Virus record (IMG/VR): IMGVR_UViG_3300034064_001787
Coordinates: 1-63,568 of that record
Source of the DNA: a virus
Lineage: Duplodnaviria > Caudoviricetes
Reading direction: 5' to 3' (one strand)
DNA length: 63,568 bases
Shown: positions 18,079 to 26,513 of the stretch, piece by piece
How the letters are laid out: every line of letters starts with the position of its first letter
Position numbering within the stretch: the first letter of the stretch is position 1
Notes under the pieces: generated by a model
The model's database searches: none
Told to the model about the DNA's origin: nothing
The model's input: the letters and a program-made list of their open reading frames with translations, nothing else
Program-made: the position numbers and the translations under genes

Positions 18079-18978
18079 GTGATGAACACGCATCCTGATT
18101 TTGGCCACGTGCCAATGACCGCTGCGGCCTCGAAGGCTCTCGCCGCAGGAGGGGCAGCCCGTAAGGGCTGCCCCTCACCTTTTCACCGCGCCCTCCAAAA
18201 CCCGGACCTCTCCTACCACCACTGGTGGATACTCACCGCGCTGCGCGTCCGCACCGCCGCCACCGCCCTCAAACTGCAGGAGCAGGAAAAGCAAAAACTC
18301 CGCGCCGGATTCAAAACCAACGGCTACGGCGACCTCACCACCCTCACCTACGGCCACACCACGCAAGACCGCAGCGTCCAACGCTACGGCTTCACCGTCA
18401 CGAAACTGCACGGCTTCCGCAAATGGAAGAAGCGCTATTCGCCGGAGAAATCCACCCACTACGTCACCAGCCACCTCTTCGACGCCCTCCACGCCGTCCT
18501 CAAGATCACCACGCAGATCGAGAAGCAGGACACCCAGGAAAAAGCCGCCGCGAAGGCCGGGTTTGTCTCGGTGCAGGCGCACTGGCGCTGGCATCAGCGG
18601 CAGGAGCAGGAGAAAGACCGCGCCCGCGCCGATGGCTTCAACAGTGGCGTGCAAGACGAGCGCCGCCGCGCCGCCGAAGCCGACAAGCCCACCGGCTCTT
18701 ACAATGACCTCAACGACTACGGCATCGCCCCTGATCGCGATTGCATCATCGGCCCCACACTCGTGCTGGTGAACTACCAACGCACCCGCGAGCACCGCGT
18801 GAGCCTCATCGAATACCTCAATCTCAGACTCGGAAACATCCGGAAAAACGACTGGCGTGACGCCGGTTGGCGGCTTCCCGCCTACACCCCACCCAAACAA
18901 CCCCGTCCGATCAAACTACGCCTGCAAAGCCACGAACGCCACATTGACGGCATGCCGCCACTCCAACAAACTTCCTGA
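18079..18978 (+). CDS. Hypothetical protein
   Basis: 299-aa ORF. Confidence 0.65.
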   Translation: MMNTHPDFGHVPMTAAASKALAAGGAARKGCPSPFHRALQNPDLSYHHWWILTALRVRTAATALKLQEQEKQKLRAGFKTNGYGDLTTLTYGHTTQDRSVQRYGFTVTKLHGFRKWKKRYSPEKSTHYVTSHLFDALHAVLKITTQIEKQDTQEKAAAKAGFVSVQAHWRWHQRQEQEKDRARADGFNSGVQDERRRAAEADKPTGSYNDLNDYGIAPDRDCIIGPTLVLVNYQRTREHRVSLIEYLNLRLGNIRKNDWRDAGWRLPAYTPPKQPRPIKLRLQSHERHIDGMPPLQQTS

Positions 18979-18981
18979 CCC

Positions 18982-19314
18982 ATGCCACCTCTCGATCTCC
19001 AGCCTTACATTGACCACACCCTGCGCCAAGCCCGCCTTTTGAAACAACGGCACGGCCAGCCGGATGTTCTCACCCTCAGCCTCTACGCCACGGATGACGA
19101 CCTGCACCAACTCCGCCCGGAGGACGGGCCTGATGCCACCGTGAAAGTCCAGCACCGCATCACCCACGCCTGCGCCGACGCACTGCGCCGAGAGGGCTTC
19201 CCCGTGCGGCTCATCACCGTGCGCGCAACCGATTACCTCAAATGGCTCACTGAAAACGAACTCCCCAACCTCCCCGAAAACCGCGCCAAGTGGCTCACCT
19301 GGCAACAGCAGTAA
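18982..19314 (+). CDS. Hypothetical protein
   Basis: 110-aa ORF. Confidence 0.65.
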   Translation: MPPLDLQPYIDHTLRQARLLKQRHGQPDVLTLSLYATDDDLHQLRPEDGPDATVKVQHRITHACADALRREGFPVRLITVRATDYLKWLTENELPNLPENRAKWLTWQQQ

Positions 19315-19444
19315 CCTCTCCCAGTCTCCCCCTCTCCCCATCTCCTCCTCTTCTTTTCCTGCGGCCTGAGAGCCCGCAGGCATGGCAAGCAAGGCCCCCC
19401 CCACGAGCCCCTGTCCTCCACGCGAGGGCAGGGGCTTTTCTCTG

Positions 19445-19532
19445 CCTTCATCCTTCATCCTTCATCCTTCATCCTTCATCCTTCATCCTTCATCCTTCAT
19501 CCTTCATCCTTCATCCTTCATCCTTCATCCTT
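19445..19532 (+). repeat. Heptamer tandem repeat (CCTTCAT)12
   Basis: Read directly; shorter arrays occur before many early genes. Confidence 0.95.
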
Positions 19533-19537
19533 TCCTT

Positions 19538-19816
19538 ATGCAAGACCTCCTCCCCCTCAAACGCCACGCCGAAGCGCACGGCCTCACCCTCAACCTGTTC
19601 TCCGTCCTTCTGGCCGTGCAAAAGCAATCCCGCACGCACACCGAGATCGCCAAACTGCTCGGCAACTCCACCGCCGCCGTCACCGGCCTGATCGACCGCC
19701 TCGCCGCCGCCGAGTGCGTCTCCTCCCTCCCCAGCGACGGCGACCGCCGCTGCAAATACGTCACCCTCACCGAGCGCGGCCAGACCATCCTGGCCACCGC
19801 GCCGAAGGCCGCGTGA
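19538..19816 (+). CDS. MarR-family winged-helix regulator
   Basis: TEIAKLLG.STAAVTGLIDRL...DRR...VTLTERG. Confidence 0.85.
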   Translation: MQDLLPLKRHAEAHGLTLNLFSVLLAVQKQSRTHTEIAKLLGNSTAAVTGLIDRLAAAECVSSLPSDGDRRCKYVTLTERGQTILATAPKAA

Positions 19817-19903
19817 TCCCCACTTGAAACTTGAAACCTGAAACCCTTTCCGGCCCCCGCCGAAACCAAGAACAACGAACCAAGAACAACGAACCCACCG
19901 CCC

Positions 19904-21106
19904 ATGAAAAAAAACCGCCCCACCCCCGCCGCCGAAACCGACGCCTCCTCCCCCTCCATCCTCACGCTGGACACCCTGCGTGAGATGGCGGAGGCGCAGC
20001 GCGTCGATCTCTACGTCACCACCGAAAACCGCCAGCGCCTCGGCTTCCTACTGCAAGGCAAGATCCTCCACACCCTCGGCATCGAGGGCACGGAGCTCCT
20101 TCGCGCCGCCGGCATCAAGCCCTCCTCCCTCTGCAATGCCCGCAAGGCCGAGTGGGTGCTCCGCGCCTTCACCGAGCCGGACACCGACACCCTGCGCAAC
20201 GCCCGCTTCCACGTCCCCGGCGAGGAAGAGCCCGTCGCGTTCAGTGAGGCACTCTACAACACCCTGACGCTGCGCCAGTGCGAGCTGCTGCAGATCGGCT
20301 TCACCACCATGGGCACCTTCCGCCACCGCCCCACCAGCCGCGAGATGAGTGAGATGCTCACCAAACCGGACTGGGACGAGCATGTGGAGTGCTTCCTCGA
20401 CTACGGCACCGACCTCGACGGCAAAGCCGAGCGCGAGGCCGCCTCCGCCCGCGCCCTGGAGGAGGAACGCCTCCGCCGCGAGGACATGGCACGCCAGATC
20501 GAAGAACTCCAGGCCCGCAACGCCGTCCTGGAAAGCTCCGAGCCGCCACCCCCACCCGTGGTCAACACCGCGCCGACTCCCGGCGAAGCCGAAACCGACG
20601 CCGCCCCCAACAACGTCGTCGCCTTCCCCACCAGTCAATCCAGTCAATCCAGTCAATCCAGTCAATCCAGTCCCACCGCTGAAGACACCGAAACCACCCC
20701 CGAAGCTGAAGTCGCCAACGAACCCGAAGCCACCCCAGAACCCGAACCCGAGACCGAAGACGCCGAAACCGTCGAAATCCCGCCGGCAGACCCCGATGCC
20801 GTCACCCACGAGGAGATCGCCTCCGCCGTGGCCGATGCCACCGAGGGCATGGAGAACTACACCGAAGACGGCCCCACCGTCCTCGCCTCCTGCCTCGACG
20901 AGATGGAAGCCGTCCTCAACGACGGCGCGGTGCATCAGTGCAGCGTGGAGACCCTCACCAGCCTCCTTGTCCGCCTTGACGACATCACCGCCGCTCTGCG
21001 CACCGCCCTCACCGCCAAAGCCGCCCCGCAGGACGACCTGCCCGTCCAGCAGCCCAAGGCCAAAGGCGGCAAACGCAGCAAAAAAACCGACCTCGCCGCC
21101 GCGTAA
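19904..21106 (+). CDS. Hypothetical protein with acidic, low-complexity C-terminal half
   Basis: 400 aa; contains an in-frame CAGTCAATC x4 repeat (SQS). Confidence 0.8.
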   Translation: MKKNRPTPAAETDASSPSILTLDTLREMAEAQRVDLYVTTENRQRLGFLLQGKILHTLGIEGTELLRAAGIKPSSLCNARKAEWVLRAFTEPDTDTLRNARFHVPGEEEPVAFSEALYNTLTLRQCELLQIGFTTMGTFRHRPTSREMSEMLTKPDWDEHVECFLDYGTDLDGKAEREAASARALEEERLRREDMARQIEELQARNAVLESSEPPPPPVVNTAPTPGEAETDAAPNNVVAFPTSQSSQSSQSSQSSPTAEDTETTPEAEVANEPEATPEPEPETEDAETVEIPPADPDAVTHEEIASAVADATEGMENYTEDGPTVLASCLDEMEAVLNDGAVHQCSVETLTSLLVRLDDITAALRTALTAKAAPQDDLPVQQPKAKGGKRSKKTDLAAA

Positions 21107-21184
21107 CCCGCGCAGATGACAGCCCACGTCCAGTGCCGGCCTGAGAAACCGGCACTCTGATACGAGGCACTTCAATGGTTGAGG

Positions 21185-21222
21185 CACCCGGCTCCCGTCA
21201 CACGGAGCCGGGTGTTTTTTTT
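21185..21222 (+). terminator. Intrinsic terminator
   Basis: CACCCGGCTCC-loop-GGAGCCGGGTG-T8. Confidence 0.85.
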
Positions 21223-21261
21223 GCGCTGGCCTCTATTCCAAACCAGCTACTTTCACCCACC

Positions 21262-21687
21262 ATGAACCTCCCCGCCTGCCACATCCCCACCCATCTCCGC
21301 AAAGCCCTGGCACTCGACTACATTCTTTACCCCTACGAGCTGCATGGCTCCCTCGTGTTTGATGATCCCGCGTTTGATCTTGTGGCCGAGGAGCTGGTCT
21401 GTGGGGCCGATACCTTTGTGCGCTATTGCTCACAGCACATCACGCATCCCGCCGTGCATGTCTCCAACACCCACCGCCCTGCCTCCAACTGCCTTCACTT
21501 CCTGCGCATGGAGAACAACGGTTATCACACTTACACCACCGACATCCCGGAGGTGCCACAAATGCAACTGTGCCCGAACTTCCGCTTGTATTATCCCGAT
21601 CCGCCCGCGCACCTGTGGATCAACGTCGCGGAAGTCTCACCATCGGAACAGCACCTTTATACATGGCCTCAGCCTGTTTTGTCGTGA
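21262..21687 (+). CDS. DUF6717-like protein
   Basis: VFDDP...E.LV.GAD...LCP...YY..PP..LW pattern. Confidence 0.6.
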   Translation: MNLPACHIPTHLRKALALDYILYPYELHGSLVFDDPAFDLVAEELVCGADTFVRYCSQHITHPAVHVSNTHRPASNCLHFLRMENNGYHTYTTDIPEVPQMQLCPNFRLYYPDPPAHLWINVAEVSPSEQHLYTWPQPVLS

Positions 21688-22975
21688 TGCCATTCCTTCG
21701 TTGCACCCGCTCAATTTCTTTTGCTTTACGATCCACAAACCCCATGCCTGCGTAATGCCTGGCCAGTTTTTCCGAAGGAACAGACGCATGCCCATACGCA
21801 TTCGCCGTGGTCTTAATGAGGCGGTTGCGTTTGTCCGCGTTCTGCAACAACGGCGTCGCCACCGCTTTCAACGCCCTACCCGAACGAATCATGGAACCTC
21901 CTTGCGGAGCAGACATGACATCCACTTCCCGCAAGCGCCGCCCGCTCCGAATATAATCAAGATGCACATCCGTCGCGGGATTGAACTTCCGTTTGGCTGC
22001 ATCCGCCGCCGTTTGCGGCATCTCCGCCTCATTCACTGGACGAAACAGCCTCACCGGCCTGTCTTTGCCAGACCCATGCTTATTCCAACCACGCGACCCA
22101 CCTCGGAGAGGCGGGCGCTCCACCAAATATCCTGACTTCAACAACGCAAACTCCAACAATCGATCCACCCGATGCAATACCGTCAAAAATTCCCCTGGCG
22201 CGAAGTGCTGCTTGCTTGCGGCATCATCCTTCTGCCTCTCACCTGCGCCAAACTTGCTCGCCGCGGCGCGGAGCGGCTTGAGTCCGTGATATACCGCGTT
22301 TTGGGTCTGTGACAGCATGGGTGATCCCAGCAAATCCGTCACTGCCCGTGATACTCCACTTGCTTTTTTACCCTTCAACCCCGCCATGCCCGCTTTACGA
22401 ACCAAAGCATCTCCCCACGGATGCTTCGCAAGCAAGGCCCGCCCTCCGTTGATCAATGGCATCACGGGCTCCACCAAAGCGGCACCTACTCCAGTCGCCG
22501 CCGCTGCCGACCGGCCTAGCCATTTGCTTTTCGGTGTTGCCGCCTCCTTGGAGGACACCCTCGGCAGTTTTTTCATTAAAGCATCCATGTGCTTGCTGCG
22601 CGGCCCCGCGATGATGCGGGAAACCTGACCCGCCTCGTCATTCCCTGGCATCTTTGCACGCGCTGAGGCGATCAAACGCTGCACCCGCGTGCTTTCACCT
22701 CCTGCCTTGTAAAGGTGGCTGTATTCCGGCCCCAACAGCACATCCGCGCTGCGCTGCAGCATCGGATGCAGCACCTTGCCCTGCTTGGCGTCACGATGTC
22801 CCGCTTGTGCGATGGATGCCAGCACACGCTGCCCGCGTTTGGATTTCAGCAACCCTTTCGTTAGCAGATTCTGGCCGACATGAATCGCCGCACCCATGCC
22901 CAATGTCCCCAGCAAACTGAATTGCCTCAATGAAGCGTCCATCTGGCGGTTCAAACGTGTCAATTCAAGCAACAT
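21620..22975 (-). CDS. Antisense late 'moron': modular protein with conserved N-terminal leader, Gly-rich helices and C-terminal GNAT-like domain
   Basis: MLLELTRLNRQMDASLRQF leader; TTGAT-N14-ATG; L..AD....I...A....L..HY.GMGF resembles a GNAT C-terminus. Confidence 0.75.
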   Translation of the reverse strand: MLLELTRLNRQMDASLRQFSLLGTLGMGAAIHVGQNLLTKGLLKSKRGQRVLASIAQAGHRDAKQGKVLHPMLQRSADVLLGPEYSHLYKAGGESTRVQRLIASARAKMPGNDEAGQVSRIIAGPRSKHMDALMKKLPRVSSKEAATPKSKWLGRSAAAATGVGAALVEPVMPLINGGRALLAKHPWGDALVRKAGMAGLKGKKASGVSRAVTDLLGSPMLSQTQNAVYHGLKPLRAAASKFGAGERQKDDAASKQHFAPGEFLTVLHRVDRLLEFALLKSGYLVERPPLRGGSRGWNKHGSGKDRPVRLFRPVNEAEMPQTAADAAKRKFNPATDVHLDYIRSGRRLREVDVMSAPQGGSMIRSGRALKAVATPLLQNADKRNRLIKTTANAYGHASVPSEKLARHYAGMGFVDRKAKEIERVQRRNGITTKQAEAMYKGAVPMVRLPRR

Positions 22976-23050
22976 CCCTCTCTCCTCATATCAACCACCC
23001 CAAACCCGCCTGATCCCCACTTCATCCTTCCTCCTTCCTCCTTCATCCTT

Positions 23051-24262
23051 ATGAAACTCCCCCACACCCTCCTCCGCCGCCTCACCGCCATCCTCGCCTG
23101 CCTGAACCGCAAGCCCTCGCTCCGCATCCTCGGCCACCTCTATTTCACGCCCGTCGGCCCAAACACCCTCATCACCGCGTCTGATCTGGAGCTCCACCTC
23201 CACTGGCCGCTGCCCACCGTCACCTTCGGCTCCCTAGACCAGCCTGCCTCCTGCCCGCTCGACTGGTTCCTCAAGCTCGCCAAGGCCGTGCGCAAAGACG
23301 GGCACCTAGAACTCCGCCTCACCGAAGACGGCCGCACCCTCTGCGCCTATCCCAGCACCGGCCCCAGCGCCCGCAGCCCGGAGCGCAGCCTCCCCATCGC
23401 TGACATGCCACTCTTCAGCACCGCCTCCCACCGCCGAGGCGGCTGGCTTTCCCACGAGACCCTGCAGCACCTGACCGCCGCCAAGGACTTCATCTCCACC
23501 GATGAAACCCGCTACGTCCTGCAAGGTTCCTTCATCAGCGCCACCGGCCACTGCGTGGCCACCGATGGCCGCCGCCTCTGCCACCGCGCCACCGCCGGCA
23601 CCCGCCTGCCAGACGACATCATCGTGCCGGCCAAGTGGTTCCCCGCGCTGCTCGAACTCAGCGACGGACTGCTCCTCGAAAACGGCAGCGGGCGATTCTG
23701 GAAGGGCGAAGTCGGTGGCACCCGCCTCCCCATCTGGCTCAACGGCGGGCACAACCCTGAAACGGACGTGACTCACGCCACCGACTGGATGCTCGTGCAG
23801 TCCGGCGACTGCCTGCTCAACTGCCGTCTCATCGACGGCAACTACCCCAACTGGCGGCAGGTCATTCCCAGCAGCTTCAACGCCCTGGCCGATCTCAACG
23901 ACGACTTCCTCGACACCCTGCGCACCACCCTGGCGCGCAGCCCGAAGCGCAAAGAAACCCGCGTCACCTTCCACCTCGACCCGGACGGCCACCTCCGCGC
24001 GGACATTTACACCAGCAGCGGTCAAAGCCGCACCGATCTCGTCGATGCCCACTTCCTGGCTGGCAAACACGTCATCGACCTGCGCCAGCAGCACTTCAGC
24101 ATCACGTTTGACGCCAACCTGCTCCTCTCCGCCCTCACCACCACCGGTCCCCGCCTCCGCTTCACCAACGACATCAGCCCCATCCTCATCGGCGACCCCG
24201 TCCAAGGCGAAGCCGTCCTCATGCCCATGCGTAATGCAACCCCCGCCACCGCGAAGGCGTGA
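23051..24262 (+). CDS. dnaN: DNA polymerase III beta-clamp-like protein
   Basis: ASDLE, STDETRYVLQG, ATDGRRL, LIDGNYPNWRQVIP and VLMPMR motifs. Confidence 0.85.
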   Translation: MKLPHTLLRRLTAILACLNRKPSLRILGHLYFTPVGPNTLITASDLELHLHWPLPTVTFGSLDQPASCPLDWFLKLAKAVRKDGHLELRLTEDGRTLCAYPSTGPSARSPERSLPIADMPLFSTASHRRGGWLSHETLQHLTAAKDFISTDETRYVLQGSFISATGHCVATDGRRLCHRATAGTRLPDDIIVPAKWFPALLELSDGLLLENGSGRFWKGEVGGTRLPIWLNGGHNPETDVTHATDWMLVQSGDCLLNCRLIDGNYPNWRQVIPSSFNALADLNDDFLDTLRTTLARSPKRKETRVTFHLDPDGHLRADIYTSSGQSRTDLVDAHFLAGKHVIDLRQQHFSITFDANLLLSALTTTGPRLRFTNDISPILIGDPVQGEAVLMPMRNATPATAKA

Positions 24263-24372
24263 GCCTGCAACAATCGTATTCCTCATTCCTCATTCCTCAT
24301 TCATCATTCCTCATTCCCACCGGCTGACACCCCACGCTCTCCGAGTCTCCTCTTCTCCAAGTCTCCCAGTCC

Positions 24373-24624
24373 ATGCCTTCCCTCGTCAAACCGCCCCGCG
24401 AACTCCTCTTCCACACCTACCTCGGCGTCGAAATCTACCTCTTCGATGCCACTCACGGCCACCGCCGTGAAGGCTGGAACCACCACCAGGACCCATACTG
24501 CCTCGTCCAGCTCGATCCCGTCCTCCCTCACAAAGACTTCGGCCTAGTCGGCGACGACCTCGACACCCTCCTCCTCGAAACCAAACACGTCATCGACCGC
24601 CGCAAGAAGGTGAAGCTGAATTGA
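24373..24624 (+). CDS. Hypothetical protein
   Basis: 83-aa ORF. Confidence 0.65.
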   Translation: MPSLVKPPRELLFHTYLGVEIYLFDATHGHRREGWNHHQDPYCLVQLDPVLPHKDFGLVGDDLDTLLLETKHVIDRRKKVKLN

Positions 24625-24629
24625 AGGGG

Positions 24630-24719
24630 AACAAAAAGGATCAGGCACAAAATGGGCGGACTTGATGCCGCCTCGTCTAGTGCCTCTCCGCCCATTTTGT
24701 TGCTCTGCATCCGCTGGTT
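24630..24719 (-). mobile_element. attC-like recombination site (array 1)
   Basis: AAC-6nt-GATCAGGCACAAAATGGGCGGA...TCCGCCCATTTTGT(T)GC(T)CTG(C)ATC-5nt-GTT; long inverted repeat with extrahelical bases. Confidence 0.8.
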
Positions 24720-24767
24720 CTCATTCCGTTCCCCTCGACTGCCGCAATAGATTCTTTGAATTGTGTA

Positions 24768-24796
24768 TTGACACAATTATCGGCCTATGCAATACT
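24768..24796 (+). promoter_or_regulatory. sigma70 promoter with overlapping operator
   Basis: TTGACA-N17-AATACT; inverted repeat AATTGTGT/ACACAATT at 24759-24778. Confidence 0.65.
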
Positions 24797-24861
24797 GCTC
24801 TCGTTCCAAAAAGGAACAACGTCCCGGCGTCTCCGGCTCAACTCAGCAAAGAATACAAGCC

Positions 24862-25479
24862 ATGAAACTCAGCATCCGCAATATCACCGCCTCAATCTCC
24901 AGCATGATTGAGGAATACGCCCAAGAATCCGACTCAATCGCCAGCGGAGTCGTTGGACCGTCCTTTTCCTGCTCTGGCCCTGGTTCAGGATGGCAGAAAA
25001 ACCATGATGTCACCGATTACGCCGAGCGGGCACTCTCAGACGATTACGGTGCCAGCAGCTACATCGACAGCGAGGATGGCCGCGAGGCCACGCTAGAAGA
25101 CGGCGAAGTGGTATGGTCTGAGGAATCTGTCGTCGAGATCGAGCTGCCGACTGTCGAGCAAGCTCTCGAAGACATGGAGACTTGGAAGATCATCAAAAGG
25201 GAGGCCGCGAACTACGGCGTCGATCAAAGCGAGATCGACGAACTGGCTGAAACAATTGAAGAGTGCCGGGAGATTATCGCTGAAATCACAACGGCCAAAA
25301 AAGCCGCTGGAGAAGACGCCTATCTCTGGCTGCATGACTCAGGAGATTGCATCCTCTGGGAGTCTGAAGAAGACAGCGAAAACGACAACGGTAGTCGCGC
25401 CATTGAGCGCTGGTCGCTAAGCAAAGCGCAGCGCGATGCACTGATCGAAACCACCAGCCTCGTCGATTGCAACGCCTAA
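24862..25479 (+). CDS. Highly acidic hypothetical protein (cassette gene)
   Basis: D/E-rich 205 aa; inside an attC-bounded cassette. Confidence 0.75.
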   Translation: MKLSIRNITASISSMIEEYAQESDSIASGVVGPSFSCSGPGSGWQKNHDVTDYAERALSDDYGASSYIDSEDGREATLEDGEVVWSEESVVEIELPTVEQALEDMETWKIIKREAANYGVDQSEIDELAETIEECREIIAEITTAKKAAGEDAYLWLHDSGDCILWESEEDSENDNGSRAIERWSLSKAQRDALIETTSLVDCNA

Positions 25480-25482
25480 CCC

Positions 25483-25923
25483 ATGACACTCCACCACTAC
25501 ACCGTCCAAACCGGCCACCTCACCCTGCAAACGCGGGGTGAGGTGGATCAAAAAGCGCTCGATCTCCTCGCGCCCATGATCAAGCCTGGCACGCACGCAC
25601 TGCCCGGAACAACGATCAAGCTCGACATACCGGCGGGCAACATGGGGCAGACCTCTGGCGTTGGCTCATTCCGCCTCCTCGCCGCCGATGGCGAGCCTGT
25701 GGCGCTCGCCATGCTGGCCTGGAGAGCCAGTGCAGAGGCAGGTGTCATCTGGGGCACATGTCTGCCGAATACACCCCTGCCAGACGCTCCGGCTGGCTAC
25801 CCATGGCTCGCCATCGTCCTCATGCCAGCCATCGCCACACTCAGCCGCGACGATACGCTCATGCTCGGAGACATCGAGAGATGTGTCGCATGGTCAATCA
25901 TCACCCAACAGCCAGCCGGATGA
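25483..25923 (+). CDS. Hypothetical protein (cassette gene)
   Basis: 146-aa ORF. Confidence 0.7.
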   Translation: MTLHHYTVQTGHLTLQTRGEVDQKALDLLAPMIKPGTHALPGTTIKLDIPAGNMGQTSGVGSFRLLAADGEPVALAMLAWRASAEAGVIWGTCLPNTPLPDAPAGYPWLAIVLMPAIATLSRDDTLMLGDIERCVAWSIITQQPAG

Positions 25924-26120
25924 AAAACGATCTCACACCCACACGCGGAGCGCCCCCCAAACGGGGCGCTACCGCCTCCGCCATCATCAACGTCCGGGTG
26001 GACGCTGATCGCAAAAACCACTACACGCGCTTCGCGAAAAAGCGCCGTGATGGAGACAAGACCCTCGCTGGCCTCGTGATCGAAACACTCGACGCGGCGA
26101 CTGGCTACCGTGAGGAATGA
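25920..26120 (+). CDS. Ribbon-helix-helix-like regulator (cassette gene)
   Basis: RGAPPK...INVRVD..RK..Y...A......LAGLVIETLD. Confidence 0.65.
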   Translation: MKNDLTPTRGAPPKRGATASAIINVRVDADRKNHYTRFAKKRRDGDKTLAGLVIETLDAATGYREE

Positions 26121-26121
26121 G

Positions 26122-26206
26122 AACGATTAAAATCAGGCGACGGCGAGCGCAAAAGATCGAAACCACGATAGACGCCCTATGAGCCGTTCCTCTCCATCCA
26201 ATTGTT
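26122..26206 (-). mobile_element. attC-like site with imperfect or hybrid arms (array 1)
   Basis: AAC at 26122 and GTT at 26204, ACGGC/GCCGT core; flanks complement the cassette ends. Confidence 0.6.
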
Positions 26207-26388
26207 CGTCTTCCGTTCCGTGGTGGGCATGGGTGTTCATTGCGCCCGCCGCCATCATACTCTCGCCAATCGGCACCTGTATCCTAACGGAATGGCTGCA
26301 TTTAGACTTTATAGGATGCTGCAAGCTCATTGCTGGACAGGTCATCGTGTTTCTCAGTTTAGCGATCTTCGCAGGAGGTGAAGATTGA
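26179..26388 (+). CDS. Small 2-TM membrane protein (cassette gene)
   Basis: Hydrophobic ORF; start codon inside the attC-like site. Confidence 0.6.
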   Translation: MSRSSPSNCSSSVPWWAWVFIAPAAIILSPIGTCILTEWLHLDFIGCCKLIAGQVIVFLSLAIFAGGED

Positions 26389-26483
26389 AGACGAACGACA
26401 AGGATCACGCGACCGATTACACCGCCCTGCGCAAAGCCGCCTTCCCGTAGCGACTCTCCCCGTCTCAAAACCTCATACTCCCC

Positions 26484-26507
26484 AAGCCCGCCCCGCGCGG
26501 GCTTTTT
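26484..26507 (+). terminator. Intrinsic terminator
   Basis: AAGCCCGC-CCCGC-GCGGGC-T5. Confidence 0.6.
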
Positions 26508-26513
26508 CATGCC

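Noticed and set aside
19382-19537. N-terminal SSFILHP-repeat extension of the MarR protein
   Set aside because: This is translation of the intergenic heptamer array; the real start is ATG 19538
21112-21165. Hammerhead ribozyme (CAGATGA...GAAAC)
   Set aside because: The core is CAGAUGA rather than CUGAUGA and the stems do not fit; it reads as a simple AGTGCCGG/CCGGCACT hairpin before a terminator
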